Positions 41,435 through 52,399 are shown, numbered from the stretch's first letter. The stretch is DNA of 64,000 nt from an uncultured Chloroflexia bacterium (GCA_963710255.1 CAVPZJ010000002.1:87753-151752); one strand, 5' to 3'. Translations and numbers: made by a program. Notes: generated by a model from the sequence alone, not told the origin.

Positions 41435-42310
41435 ATGTCAAGCGCACCGCCCCCCCCGACCGACGCCAAGGTCACCACCCAGACATTTCGCGACAAGAAA
41501 GCCAGGGCTGAGCCAATCACGATGCTCACCGCCTATGACTACAGCATGGCGCATGCGATCGATCAGGCCGGCATCGATTCGATCCTGGTGGGAGATTCGC
41601 TGGGCATGGTCGTGCTCGGTTATGAGACAACCCTGCCGGTGACGATGGAGGATATGCTGCACCATTGCCGGGCCGTGGCGCGCGGCGCCAAGCGAGCGCT
41701 GCTCATCGGCGATATGCCCTTCATGTCCTACCAGGATTCGGAGTCGAACGCCGTGCGCAACGCGGGTCGCTTCCTGCAGGAAGCCGGGATGGACGCGGTC
41801 AAGCTGGAAGGCGGGCAGGAGCGGGCCGGTGCGGTGCGCCGGATCGTCGAGGCCGGCATCCCGGTTTGCGGGCATATCGGCCTGACGCCGCAGTCCGTCC
41901 ACCAACTGGGTGGTTTCCGCGCCCAGGGCCGCTCACCGCAGGCTGCCCTGAAGCTGGTCAGGGATGCAGACGAACTGGAGCGCGTGGGCTGCTTTGCGCT
42001 TGTCCTCGAATCGATCCCCGCCCGCCTGGCGGAATTAATCTCCTCCCGCCTTTCGATCCCGACCATCGGCATCGGCGCCGGCCCGAAATGCGACGGACAG
42101 GTCCTGGTTACGCACGACCTGTTGGGCATGTTCGACCGTTTTACACCGCGCTTCGTCAAGCAGTACGCGCGGCTGCACGACGTCATGTCGCAGGCTTTCA
42201 CCGAGTTTCATGGGGACATCGTCGCCGGAAATTTCCCTGGTGAGGAGCACAGCTTCCACATGTCGGATGAAGCCTGGGCTGCGCTGACAGCAGATCTGGG
42301 GCAGGCTTGA
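41435..42310 (+). CDS. panB: 3-methyl-2-oxobutanoate hydroxymethyltransferase
   Basis: ITMLTAYDY, ILVGDSLGMV, VKLEGG, GHIGLTPQS. Confidence 0.93.
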   Translation: MSSAPPPPTDAKVTTQTFRDKKARAEPITMLTAYDYSMAHAIDQAGIDSILVGDSLGMVVLGYETTLPVTMEDMLHHCRAVARGAKRALLIGDMPFMSYQDSESNAVRNAGRFLQEAGMDAVKLEGGQERAGAVRRIVEAGIPVCGHIGLTPQSVHQLGGFRAQGRSPQAALKLVRDADELERVGCFALVLESIPARLAELISSRLSIPTIGIGAGPKCDGQVLVTHDLLGMFDRFTPRFVKQYARLHDVMSQAFTEFHGDIVAGNFPGEEHSFHMSDEAWAALTADLGQA

Positions 42311-43238
42311 GCGGGGAAGACGCGCACTCCCATCCTCATCCTGGGGACGGGAGCGATGGCTTGCTTGTTCGGGGCCCGCCTTTCGCGCGTGGCGGACGTC
42401 ACGCTGCTCGGGACATGGGAAGCGGGCTTGCAGGGCGATCGAGGATAACGGCATTCGCCTGGTGGAAAGGGATGGTTCGGAAGGGCGCTACCGGGTGAGC
42501 GTCGCGCGGGAGACGGACCCCTGCCGTGGTTCACGGTTGGCGCTGGTCCTGGTGAAATCGTGGCAGACGCCGCGCGCTGCACTGCAGCTTGGAACATGCC
42601 TCGCCCCGGATGGGATCGTGCTGACCCTGCAGAACGGGTTGGGCAACATCGAACAACTCGTTGAACAGGTGGGCGAAGACCGGGCTGCGCTGGGCGTGAC
42701 GACGACCGGCGGGACGCTGCTCGGACCCGCCCACGTGCGCGTCGGCGGAGAAGGGCCGACCTACGTAGCCGCCCACCCTGGGCTGGACCCGATGACCGAG
42801 CTGCTGGCCACGGCTGGGTTCGAGGTCGTACAGGTGGATGATTTGCAGGGCCTGCAGTGGGCGAAGCTGGCCGTGAACTGCGGCATCAATCCGCTCAGCG
42901 CGCTGCTCGATGTGCCGAACGGCGCGCTGTTGGAGCTGCCCGGGACAGGCGATCTCATGCAGTCGCTCGTTGAAGAGACGGTCGCCGTCGCCCGGGCACT
43001 CGGCGTGGCGCTGCCTTTCGAGGACCTGGCGGCGGAGACGCGCGCTGTAGCATCCAGGACGGCTGAGAACCTGTCTTCCATGGTCCAGGATATCCACCGT
43101 GGGGCACCGACCGAAATTGACGCCATCTGCGGTGCCGTTGTCCGGGCAGGGGAAAAGCACGGCCTGGCGACGCCCGTGAACCGTGCGTTGTGGGACCTCG
43201 TGCGGGCTCGAGCCGCGCTGGGAGGAGGAACCAGATGA
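42307..43238 (+). CDS. panE: 2-dehydropantoate 2-reductase, two +1 frameshifts
   Basis: TTG 42307 overlaps the panB TGA. Reconstructed MSG|KTRTPILILGTGAMACLFGARL...GLQ|AIEDNGIRLV... then ORF 42462..43238. 932 nt (3n+2). Extra G in the G-runs near 42315 and 42434. Confidence 0.8.
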
Positions 43239-44083
43239 AGGTCGTCAGTACGCTGAGTGAATTACGTGCGGCCAGGGCGGACCTGCCGGAACCCCTGGGC
43301 TTGGTACCCACGATGGGTTTCCTGCACGAGGGCCATCTATCGCTGGTCCGAAGGGCGAAAGAGGAGTGCAGCAGCGTCGGCGTGAGCATTTTCGTCAACC
43401 CGACCCAGTTCGCCCCCAGCGAGGACCTGGAAGCCTACCCGCGCGATCTAGACCGTGACCTGGCGCTGCTGGATGGGGAAGGCGCCGATCTCGTCTGGAC
43501 GCCCGCTGCAAGCGAGCTCTACCCACCGGGCGCACAGACCTGGGTGACGGTCGATGAGGTCACCCGGACGCTGGAAGGCGCCCAGCGCCCGGGGCATTTC
43601 CGGGGTGTCACCACCGTCGTCGCCAAACTGTTCAATGCCTTCCAACCGCAGCGGGCATACTTCGGGCAGAAAGACGCACAGCAAGCGCGCGTCATCCAGC
43701 GCATGGTGCAGGACCTGCTCTTCCCGGTCGAGATCGTCGTCTGTCCCATCGTTCGCGAGCCGGATGGGTTGGCGATGTCCAGCCGCAACACCTACCTGGC
43801 GGGGCCCGAGCGGGCGGCAGCCACCGTCCTCAGCCGGGCCTTGATTGAGGCGCAGGAAGCCTTCCATTCAGGCGAACGGCATGCTGATACGCTGCGAGAG
43901 ACGATGCGCAGGGTGCTTGATTCTGAACCACTGGCACAGACGCAGTATGTCTCCGTGGCGGATCCTGCAACCTTGCTTGAACTGGACGGCGAGATCGAAA
44001 ACGCCTTGCTCTCCATGGCGGTATTCGTGGGCAAGACGCGCCTGATCGACAACGCCCTGGTGGGTGTGGAGAAAGGAAGCTAG
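43235..44083 (+). CDS. panC: pantoate--beta-alanine ligase
   Basis: ATG 43235 overlaps the pan[31 protein letters not shown]. Confidence 0.93.
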   Translation: MKVVSTLSELRAARADLPEPLGLVPTMGFLHEGHLSLVRRAKEECSSVGVSIFVNPTQFAPSEDLEAYPRDLDRDLALLDGEGADLVWTPAASELYPPGAQTWVTVDEVTRTLEGAQRPGHFRGVTTVVAKLFNAFQPQRAYFGQKDAQQARVIQRMVQDLLFPVEIVVCPIVREPDGLAMSSRNTYLAGPERAAATVLSRALIEAQEAFHSGERHADTLRETMRRVLDSEPLAQTQYVSVADPATLLELDGEIENALLSMAVFVGKTRLIDNALVGVEKGS

Positions 44084-44085
44084 CC

Positions 44086-44879
44086 ATGCTGTTGGCGATC
44101 GATGTCGGCAACACGAACATTACGCTGGGTTTATACGAAGCTGCGGAGCTGAAACATGCCTGGCGCCTGGCCACGGTCCATGAGCGCATGCCGGATGAGT
44201 ATGGCCTGCAGCTGCTGGGATTGTTGGAACATGCCGGATGCGCGTCCGGGTGACATCGATGCCATCGCGCTGGCCTCGGTCGTCCCACCCCTCACAAGCG
44301 CGCTCACCCAGGCTTGCCAGGACTATCTCGGCCGGGCTCCCTTTGTCGTCGATGCCGGCGTGAAGACAGGCTTGCGCATACGCTACGAAGACCCCAAGCA
44401 TGCCCTTGGGGCTGACCGGGTTGTCGATGCCGTCGCGGTCGTAACGCTCTACGGTGGGCCGGCATGCGTCGTCGACTTCGGGACGGCGACGACCTTCGAT
44501 GCGATTTCGAGCGAGGGCGAGTACCTGGGCGGGGCTATCGCTCCCGGGATCGGGATCGCCGCCGACGCGCTCTTCCAGCGGACGGCCAAGCTGCCCCGGG
44601 TCGACCTGGCCAAGCCACCCCACGTCATCGGCAGCAACACGGTCAACGCCATCCAATCCGGGCTGCTTTACGGGTATGTCGGCCTGGTGGAGGGCATCGT
44701 TCACCGCTTCCGGGACGCCCTGGGATCGGAAGATGAAGGTCATCGGGACGGGGGGACTGGCGCCCATCATCGCCGAGGAGACCGATGTGATTGAGATCCA
44801 GGCGCCGTGGCTGACGCTGGAAGGGCTGCGGTTGGTCTGGGAGTTGAATCATCCGGGTCCGGCATCTCAAGACGCTTAA
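44086..44879 (+). CDS. coaX: type III pantothenate kinase, two +1 frameshifts
   Basis: [17 protein letters not shown]..., continues in ORF 44156..44794 ([21 protein letters not shown]..) and then in the 44454..44879 frame ([10 protein letters not shown]...). 794 nt (3n+2). Shifts near 44240 and 44735. Confidence 0.85.
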
Positions 44880-44944
44880 ATCCCCGTGTGCAAGCCGAAA
44901 ACTCGATTTCACAAAACCAGCCCTGGCCGGGTTATATAAGTGTT

Positions 44945-45490
44945 ATGGGTATACCGACAAAAGCCGAACGGGAAGCAGTTCCATTCCGTAGTCTGGTGGA
45001 TGAATACGGCCCTGAGATCTTCGCGTATCTCTACCGCCTCTTCGGGCGGCCCATGGACGCGGAAGACTGCCTGCAGGAGACCTACCTGCGCGCGTTCCGC
45101 TCCTTTCACCAAACCCAGCCTGGCTCAAATTACCGGGCCTGGCTCTATGCCATCGCCACGAATACGGCTCGCACCATGCTGGGTCGGAGCCAGCGGCAGG
45201 AGCAGCGTGAGCTGAGCAGCCAGGGGGAAGCCGGGCGAGATGAAGGGGGCGTGCTGGAGCGGGTCGAGCAGAATCTCGAGCTGGCCAGGCTGAAGGCGGC
45301 CGTGGACAGGCTGCCCGATAAGCAGCGCCTGGCCCTGGTCCTGCGCAAGTACCACGCGTTGAGCTACGCGGAGATCGGGGAAACGTTGGGCAGCTCAGCG
45401 GACGCGGCCCGGGCGAACGTTTACCAGGCCTTGAAGCGCCTGAGAGTGGAATTCAGCCCGGAGGAGGCGAGTGGAAATGTCGAAGCTTGA
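44945..45490 (+). CDS. ECF-type RNA polymerase sigma-70 family factor
   Basis: ATG 44945 in ORF 44807..45490. Region 2 (DAEDCLQETYLRAFRSF..YRAWLYAIATN) and region 4 (LPDKQRLALVLRKYHALSYAEIGETLG). Confidence 0.85.
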   Translation: MGIPTKAEREAVPFRSLVDEYGPEIFAYLYRLFGRPMDAEDCLQETYLRAFRSFHQTQPGSNYRAWLYAIATNTARTMLGRSQRQEQRELSSQGEAGRDEGGVLERVEQNLELARLKAAVDRLPDKQRLALVLRKYHALSYAEIGETLGSSADAARANVYQALKRLRVEFSPEEASGNVEA

Positions 45491-46163
45491 TGCCAGGCTA
45501 GAAGCAGACAGCCAATGGCTGGGAGACAGGACTGGCCGGGAGAGCCGCGATCCACTGCAGCGTGCGCTGGACCAGCTCTTTGCGCCTCCCTCGGCAAGCA
45601 GAACGGCCGCGGCGTTGGACGCTGTATCCCGAAGGTTGACCGAGGCCGAAGGCCAGGCGCTCTATTACGGACGGGTCGAGGTGCCACTGGTCGGCCATAT
45701 CTTCCTCGGCGTCACGCAGCGGGGGCTGGCCGCGGTCGATTTTGGGGGTGCGGAGCGGACCTTCGTCCAGCGCATGAAGCACGAGGGCCGCAAGATCGTT
45801 CTTCATGATGCGGACCACATCCAACCTTATGCCGAGCAAATCAGGCGCTACCTGACCGGGGAACGAACCGCCTTTGATGCCCCGGTCGATCTGTCTGGCC
45901 TGACCACGTTTCAGCGGCAGGTCCTGCAGGCTGTGAGCAGGGTGCCGCGTGGCAAGGTCGTCAGCTACGCTGAGCTGGCGCGGCGGATCGGCCGCCCCCG
46001 GGCGGCGCGCGCCGTGGGGCAGGCGCTGGGTAGGAACCCGGTTCCGCTCGTCATCCCCTGCCACCGGGTGCTGGCATCCGATGGCTCGCTGGGCGGGTAT
46101 TCCGGGCGGGGCGGGGTGCGCACAAAGCGGGCCTTGCTCAGGCTGGAGGGCGCGCTCCCATGA
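45477..46163 (+). CDS. ogt: methylated-DNA--protein-cysteine methyltransferase with ~60-aa N-terminal extension
   Basis: ATG 45477 (GGAGGAGG RBS 8 nt upstream) overlaps the sigma gene by 14 nt. VSYAELARRIGRPRAARAVGQALGRNPVPLVIPCHRV active-site motif. Confidence 0.85.
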   Translation: MSKLDARLEADSQWLGDRTGRESRDPLQRALDQLFAPPSASRTAAALDAVSRRLTEAEGQALYYGRVEVPLVGHIFLGVTQRGLAAVDFGGAERTFVQRMKHEGRKIVLHDADHIQPYAEQIRRYLTGERTAFDAPVDLSGLTTFQRQVLQAVSRVPRGKVVSYAELARRIGRPRAARAVGQALGRNPVPLVIPCHRVLASDGSLGGYSGRGGVRTKRALLRLEGALP

Positions 46164-46879
46164 TGGATGCCGGGGATCGAGCATCGCCGCTCCAGCATCT
46201 TGAGGCGCAGGTCATCGCCTGCCGGCTTTGCCCGCGCCTCGTAGCGTGGCGGGAGCAGGTCGCCCGCGAGAAACGCCGTGCATACAAGGACTGGACCTAC
46301 TGGGGCAAGCCTGTGCCCGGTTTCGGGGATCCCGCCGCGCGCCTGTTGATCGTTGGCCTGGCGCCGGGCGCGCACGGGTCGAACCGCACCGGCCGCATGT
46401 TCACCGGCGATAGCTCGGGGGATACGCTCTATCCAGCCTTGTTCAGGGCCGGGTTCGCCAGCCAGCCCACAGCCAGCGACCGGGAGGATGGTCTCGTCCT
46501 GCAGGATGCGTTTATCACCGCCCTGGCGCGCTGCGCACCGCCCAAGAACCGTCCCACGGCGGCCGAGTTTGAAAACTGCCGGCCGTACCTGAGGCGTGAA
46601 ATGGCGCTGCTCGGGGACGTGCGTGTCGTGCTCGCCCTGGGGCAGCTCGCCTTTGATGGCGTGCAGCGAACCTGGCGGGAGGAGGAGCATGCGCTGCCGC
46701 GGGTCAAGTTCACCCACGGTGCATGGTATGAGCCGGGCGGGGGGCTGCCGGTCCTGGCCGCCAGCTACCATCCCAGCCGGCAGAACACGAACACCGGCCG
46801 CTTGACGGAGGCGATGTTGGACGAAGTCCTGGGTCGAATTGGTGCTTACCTCGGCCGTTCGGGGGGTGGGCATGGGTGA
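46160..46879 (+). CDS. uracil-DNA glycosylase superfamily protein (family 4/5-like)
   Basis: ATGA overlap with ogt. CRLCPRL, GLAPGAHGSNRTGRMFTGD, SYHPSRQN motifs. Confidence 0.8.
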   Translation: MMDAGDRASPLQHLEAQVIACRLCPRLVAWREQVAREKRRAYKDWTYWGKPVPGFGDPAARLLIVGLAPGAHGSNRTGRMFTGDSSGDTLYPALFRAGFASQPTASDREDGLVLQDAFITALARCAPPKNRPTAAEFENCRPYLRREMALLGDVRVVLALGQLAFDGVQRTWREEEHALPRVKFTHGAWYEPGGGLPVLAASYHPSRQNTNTGRLTEAMLDEVLGRIGAYLGRSGGGHG

Positions 46880-47799
46880 GCGCGGGGCGGTTGCGCGCGG
46901 GGATGCACTGCCGGTCACCCGGCAGGGTCTGCTCAACCTGCTGACGGTCTACCTCGTTTGGGGCAGCACGTACCTGGCGATCAGGCTCGTCGTCCGCCCG
47001 GGAGCGGGTGTCCAGCCGTTCACGCTTGGTTTTGTGCGCATGCTGATCGCCGGCTTGATCCTGCTGGTCTGGGGAGCGCTGCGAGGCGGCGTACCACGGC
47101 CAACGCTGCGTGAGCTCGGCGTGCTGGCCGGCTCGGGCTTGCTGCTCTGGACCGGGGCTAACGGCATGGTAGCCTGGGCGGAGCAGCGCATCGACTCCTC
47201 CTATGCGGCCGTGCTCATCGCCACCATCCCGCTCTGGACCGTGGCGATCGAAGCGCTGCTCGATCGAAACCCGCCCTCAAGGCGGACCGGGCTGGCGCTC
47301 CTGCTCGGTTTTTCAGGGACGATCGTTCTCTCCGCACCCGGCTTGAGCCACGCTGACCCTGGCGACGCCCGTTCGCTGTTGATGCTCGTCCTGGCGCCCC
47401 ATCGCATGGTCTTTAGGGACCCTGCTCCAGCGTCGGAACCCGACCCGCATGCCGGTTCGGGTGAGCGCCGGGATCCAACTCGTCTTTGCGGGAATTGGCT
47501 TTGGGATCCTGATGCTCGTGGCGGGCGAGAGCTGGCCGCAGCCGACTTTGCAGGCGGCCCTGGCCTGGCTGTACTTGATCATCTTCGGCTCGGTTATCGC
47601 CTTCACAGCCTATGTCCAGGTGCTGCAGCAGCTCCCCAGCAGCCTGGCGATGACCTACGCCTACGTCAATCCGGTGATTGCCGTGTTTCTCGGCGCATGG
47701 CTGCTCGACGAGAAACTCACCCTGATGACGCTGGTTGGCGCCGTGCTCGTCCTGCTGGGTGTGCTGGGCGTGTTCAGGGCGCGGGCCGTTCAGCATTAG
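46872..47799 (+). CDS. EamA/DMT family transporter, one +1 frameshift
   Basis: ORF 46839..48059 (N-terminal half) joins ORF 47449..47799 (..IAWSLGTLLQRRNPTRMPVRVSAGIQLVFAG..) at the C-run near 47397. 928 nt (3n+1). Confidence 0.75.
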
Positions 47800-47863
47800 G
47801 TGTGAACGCGAAGAGCCGTGGCAGTCTCACCACGGCTCTGGATTCGGCGGAAACGCCGAGGGT

Positions 47864-49252
47864 TCAGGCTCTGGCCGCGTTGAATTTCTTGACCGCTTCG
47901 ATCCCCTTGGGGATGTTGACGAAGGGCAGCAGGACCAATCCCATGACGAAGAAGAAGATGAGCGACAGGATGGCCGGGCGCAGGCTGCCAAAAGCCTGGT
48001 TCATCACGCCGAAGAGCAGCGGCCCGGTCCAGGATGTCCCGCGTTCACTCACCTCGTAGAAGGAGTAGTATTCGGCTTCCTTGCCATCCGGGATGAGCTG
48101 GGCAAAAAGGCTGCGGCTGATCGCCTGCGAGCCCCCCATCACCAGCGCGATGAACGCGCCCAGGATCCAGAATTGAAGCACCCGTGTTTCTCCCTGCAGC
48201 CCGAAGTAGGCGTAGATGACGACGGCAGACCAGATCACCAGGCTGATCATGATCGAGTTCTTGGCACCCAGCCGGCCGGCCAACCTGCCCCACAGCAGCG
48301 CTCCGGCGAAGGCGACGAACTGGATCATGAGGATGACCTGGGTCAACGTACCCTGATCGACCTCCAACCCGCCGCGCAGGACAGGGGCCGCGGCGAAGGT
48401 GGCCGAAACGGCGATCACGGTCTGGATGCCGTCGTTGTAGAGGAAGTAAGCCAGCAGGAACTTCAACGTCTCCGGGAAGTGCCGCATCTCGCGCAGCGTG
48501 CCACGCAGTTGTTTGAAGCCCACCCGGAGGTAGGTCTGGCCCTCCGGCAGCGGACGCCGGGCGCGGGTGAGGGGCAAGCGCGCCCAGGTGAAGAAGGACC
48601 ACCCCAGCCACCAGATCCCGGCGGAAGCCAGGTTGATGCGCACGGCCAGACCGCTAGGTACGCCCAGGGAATCGCTCGTCAGGTAGAAAGCGAGGTTCAG
48701 GACGAGCAGCAGGCCGCCGCCCAGGTAACCCATCGCCCAGCCGTAGGATGAAACGCTGTCACGCTCGTCCTCGGCGGCGATGTCGGGCAAGTAGGCGTTG
48801 TAGAAGACGATGGCCGCACCGAAGGCCAGGTTGGCGATGATGAAGAGCAAACCGCCCAACCACCACAGCGGTCCCGTTACCAGGAAGAGCGCGATCGTCG
48901 CTCCAGCTCCGATGGTGGCGAACAGGCGCATCATCTGCTTGCGCAGATGGGAGTAATCGGCGATGGCGCCCAGGATGGGCAGGAACAACACCTGCAGGCC
49001 AACCGAGATGGAGACACAATAAGGCAGGAACGAATCGGGCGCGATGGGGATCCCCGCCAGGCGGGCCATGTTATCGCTGTAGGCCTTGGCGGCTTCTGCG
49101 GCCAGCGAGGCGAGGTAGGGACCGAGGAAGACCGTCCCGACCGTGGTGCTGAAGGCTGAGTTCGCCCAGTCATACATCGCCCAGCCGCGTATCTGGCGTT
49201 TATGCTCGCGTTCATCTACAGCGCCCGGGGCAGCAGTGCTCATCGATGACAT
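47864..49252 (-). CDS. MFS transporter (UMF1/Atg22-like family)
   Basis: ATG 49252 with a GGAGG RBS, inside ORF 47864..49432. GWAMYDWANSAFSTTV N-terminal motif. 12-TM-like profile. Confidence 0.8.
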   Translation of the reverse strand: MSSMSTAAPGAVDEREHKRQIRGWAMYDWANSAFSTTVGTVFLGPYLASLAAEAAKAYSDNMARLAGIPIAPDSFLPYCVSISVGLQVLFLPILGAIADYSHLRKQMMRLFATIGAGATIALFLVTGPLWWLGGLLFIIANLAFGAAIVFYNAYLPDIAAEDERDSVSSYGWAMGYLGGGLLLVLNLAFYLTSDSLGVPSGLAVRINLASAGIWWLGWSFFTWARLPLTRARRPLPEGQTYLRVGFKQLRGTLREMRHFPETLKFLLAYFLYNDGIQTVIAVSATFAAAPVLRGGLEVDQGTLTQVILMIQFVAFAGALLWGRLAGRLGAKNSIMISLVIWSAVVIYAYFGLQGETRVLQFWILGAFIALVMGGSQAISRSLFAQLIPDGKEAEYYSFYEVSERGTSWTGPLLFGVMNQAFGSLRPAILSLIFFFVMGLVLLPFVNIPKGIEAVKKFNAARA

Positions 49253-49382
49253 CGTATCCTCCGTTTGGCTCACATCGAGCGTGATCGGGCAAGTGTATAC
49301 CCGGATGGCCCACAGGAAAACGCCCTTGGGCGTTCCCAGGCGAGGTTGTGCACACAGGCAGCAACACGTCAACCGTTGTAGA

Positions 49383-50684
49383 ATGTTGAAGATGGTAACG
49401 GACGACCAACTCCCCGAGACCTTGAGTCTCACCGAAGCGGACCGCCGGATGCTGGATGGGGGACATGGTCCAGGCGTTCAATTGGCCATGCGCATCATCA
49501 CGCGCATGGCGGCCATCCAGGGCGCGCCCACGCTGCTCGATATCGAGGCCGCCCATATCGACAGCTCGCTTTACATGGGGCAGGCGACGCTCGATTTCGC
49601 CGAACGGCTGGTCGAATTGGGGGCAAGGGTGCGCGTGCCGAGCACGCTCAACGTGAGCGGCGTCGATGAGGCCGGCTGGAAGAACTGGGCCGTGCCGCCG
49701 GAGTGGGCGGAGCAATCCCTGCGCCAGATGCAGGCGTACCAGGCGATGGGCTGCATCCCGACCTGGACCTGCGCGCCGTACCAGAGCGAGCACCGCCCCC
49801 ACTTTGGCCAGCAGATCGCCTGGGGCAAGTCGAATGCGATCGCCTTTGCAAACTCGGTCATCGGCGCGCGCAGCGAACGCTACCCCGACCTGATGGACAT
49901 CTGCGCCGCGATCACCGGCCGGGTGCCGGCGGTGGGGCTGCACCTGACGGAAGGGCGTGCCGGGACAGGTGCTTGGTGACGTTGGTCGACGTCCCGCAAG
50001 CCATCCAGCGCAGCGACATCTTCTACCCGGTCCTGGGGCACATCCTGGGCCAGGTCTCAGGTGACCAGAACCCGGTCGTCGTCGGGCTGGAGGTCGAACC
50101 CGACGAGGACCAGCTCAAATCACTGGGTGCAGCCGCCGCTTCTTCGGGCAGCGTCGGCCTGTTCCACCTGGTCGGGATCACGCCGGAAGCGCCAACCTTA
50201 GAAGCTGCGCTGCAGGGCAAGGAACCCGGGCTTTCGATCCAGATCGGGATGCCCGAGCTGCGCCAGGCGCTGGGGGAGCTCTCGACGGCCGAGGGCGAAG
50301 AACTGGACATGGTCGTCCTGGGCAGCCCGCATTTTTCGCTGGCTGAGTTCGAGAGGCTGGCCGCGCTGCTGGACGGGAAGGCAGAAACACCCCCGGGTCG
50401 ATTTCCTGGTGACCTCCAGCAGGGCGATGTGCATGCTGGCCGAGCGGGCTGGCCACCTCGACGCGCTGCGGTCGTTTGGCGGCCAGGTGACGGTTGATAC
50501 CTGCATCCTGACCACCCCGATGCTGCCCGAGAACATCAAGCTCCTGATGACAAATTCGGCCAAGTACGCCTACTATGCGCCGGGGCTGCTGGGCACGCAG
50601 GTCGTGTTCGGTTCGCTTGAGGATTGTGTAAACTCGGCCGTAGCCGGGACGATTATGCGTGAGCGATCCCTGTGGGAGGCGTGA
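49383..50684 (+). CDS. aconitase X (AcnX, DUF521) catalytic large subunit, two frameshifts
   Basis: The protein runs through ORFs 49143..49979, 49703..50497 and 50409..50684 (..AHIDSSLY.., ..GSVGLFHLVGITPEAP.., ..VTVDTCILTTPM..NSAKYAYY). Frame changes near 49965 and near 50390. Confidence 0.75.
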
Positions 50685-51112
50685 TCCAGGCGCGCGTCCT
50701 CGTCCCGGGCGAGGCGAGCGGCAAGCTGCTCGTCAGCCAGGAGCCGCTCAGCTTCTGGGGCGGATACGATGCGGCCACCGGTGAGATCATCGACCGCCGC
50801 CACCCGCTCTCGGGTGAGCAAGGATGCGGGCGTGTGCTGGCCCTGCCCTTCTCGCGCGGCTCGAGCACGACGACTGCGGTGCTGCTGGAGGCGATCCGGC
50901 ATGGGACGGCGCCGGCGGCGATCGTGACCACGGGCGAGGACTCGTTCTTCGCGCTGGCGGCAATCGTGGCTGAAGAGCTTTACGGGCGAAGCTTGCCCAT
51001 CCTGGCCGTGGGCGCAGCGGATTTTGAGGTCTTGAAGACGGGCGATCGGGCAAGGGTTGGGACTGATGGCCTGCATCTCGATTCATCCTTCCGGATGATC
51101 AGCGGCAAGTGA
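50672..51112 (+). CDS. aconitase X swivel-domain small subunit (DUF126)
   Basis: LSFWGGYDAATGEIIDRRHPL.G....RVLALP..RGSSTTTAVLLEAIR..TAPAAIV. The start may be GTG 50681, overlapping the upstream TGA. Confidence 0.75.
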   Translation: MGGVIQARVLVPGEASGKLLVSQEPLSFWGGYDAATGEIIDRRHPLSGEQGCGRVLALPFSRGSSTTTAVLLEAIRHGTAPAAIVTTGEDSFFALAAIVAEELYGRSLPILAVGAADFEVLKTGDRARVGTDGLHLDSSFRMISGK

Positions 51113-51131
51113 AGTGGAACGAGGGACGAAA

Positions 51132-52368
51132 ATGAAGAACGCAGAGACGATCCCGCTTTTCGATGGACGGACCCTTTTGCTCGGCGTGAGCGGGTCGATC
51201 GCCGCCTATAAGGCCGTTGATCTGGCCTCGCGCTTGACGCAGGCTGGAGCCGAAGTCGACGTTGTGCTCAGCCCGGCTGCCCGGCAGTTCGTCACGCCGC
51301 TCACCTTCCAATCGGTCACCGGCCGGCGTGCGTACGGCGAGCAGGACCTGTGGGGAGACGAAGCGCATGTCCTGCATGTTGGGTTGGCCGAGAAGGCGGA
51401 GCCTGTTCGTCATCGCCCCGGCGACTGCAAATACCATCGCAAAAATTGCGACGGGCCAGGCTGATTCGCTGCTGGCGCTTGCGGCGCTCGCCGCGCGCTG
51501 CCCGATCCTGGTCGCACCGGCGATGGATGTCGGGATGTATGAGCATCCTGCGACGCAGGCCAACGTACAAATCCTGCGCGAGCGCGGGGTGGAAATCGCG
51601 GGTCCGGCCGAAGGCCGCATGGCCTCCGGCCTGGTCGGACTGGGCCGGCTGGTCGAAGTCGGAGAGCTTGATCGGGGAAAATCCGCCAGGTCCTGGGGCG
51701 GGGCGGGAAGCTGACTGGCCGGCGGGTCGTCGTCACCGCCGGGGGGACGCAGGAAGCGATCGACCCTGTGCGGGTGATCGCCAACCGTTCATCGGGCAAG
51801 CAGGGCTACGCGCTGGCGCAGGCCGCCATCGATCGGGGCGCCGCCGTCACGCTGATCTCGGGCCCAAGCCAGCTTGAGCCGCCGGTCGGGGTGGATTTTG
51901 TGCCCGTCCTCAGCGCGGCCGAGATGAAGACGGCCGTGCTCATGGCAGTGCGCGGAGGCGGACGTGCTGCTGATGGCTGCGGCCGTCGCCGATTACCGGC
52001 CGGCCGAGCCCAGCCTGGCGAAACTGAAACGAAGCAAGGGCATTCCACAGGTCAAGCTCGAGGCGACGGAGGACATCCTGGCCGCGGTGATGGCAGATCA
52101 CGCCCAAACCGGCCAACAGACGCGGGTCGTGGGTTTTGCCGCGGAGAGTGATGACCTGCTGGAAAACGCCCGCGCCAAGCTGGATGCGAAGGGGGTCGAC
52201 TTGATCGTGGCCAACGACATCAGCCGCAGGGATGCGGGCTTCGAGGTCGACACGAACCAGGTCACATTGGTCGATGCGAGCGGCGCCGAAGAGCTGCCGC
52301 TCATGTCGAAGGCCATGGTCGCTGAGCATGTCCTGGACCGTGTGGCAGCCTGGTTCGAACAGGTTTGA
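51132..52368 (+). CDS. coaBC: bifunctional phosphopantothenoylcysteine decarboxylase / phosphopantothenate--cysteine ligase, four +1 frameshifts
   Basis: [13 protein letters not shown].., |[17 protein letters not shown].., |IGE|[31 protein letters not shown].., |[16 protein letters not shown]... Inserted bases near 51399, 51669, 51679 and 51954. 1237 nt = 3x411+4. Confidence 0.85.
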
Positions 52369-52399
52369 GGCAGCGCGACTCGTTGAGAGGACAGTTGAG

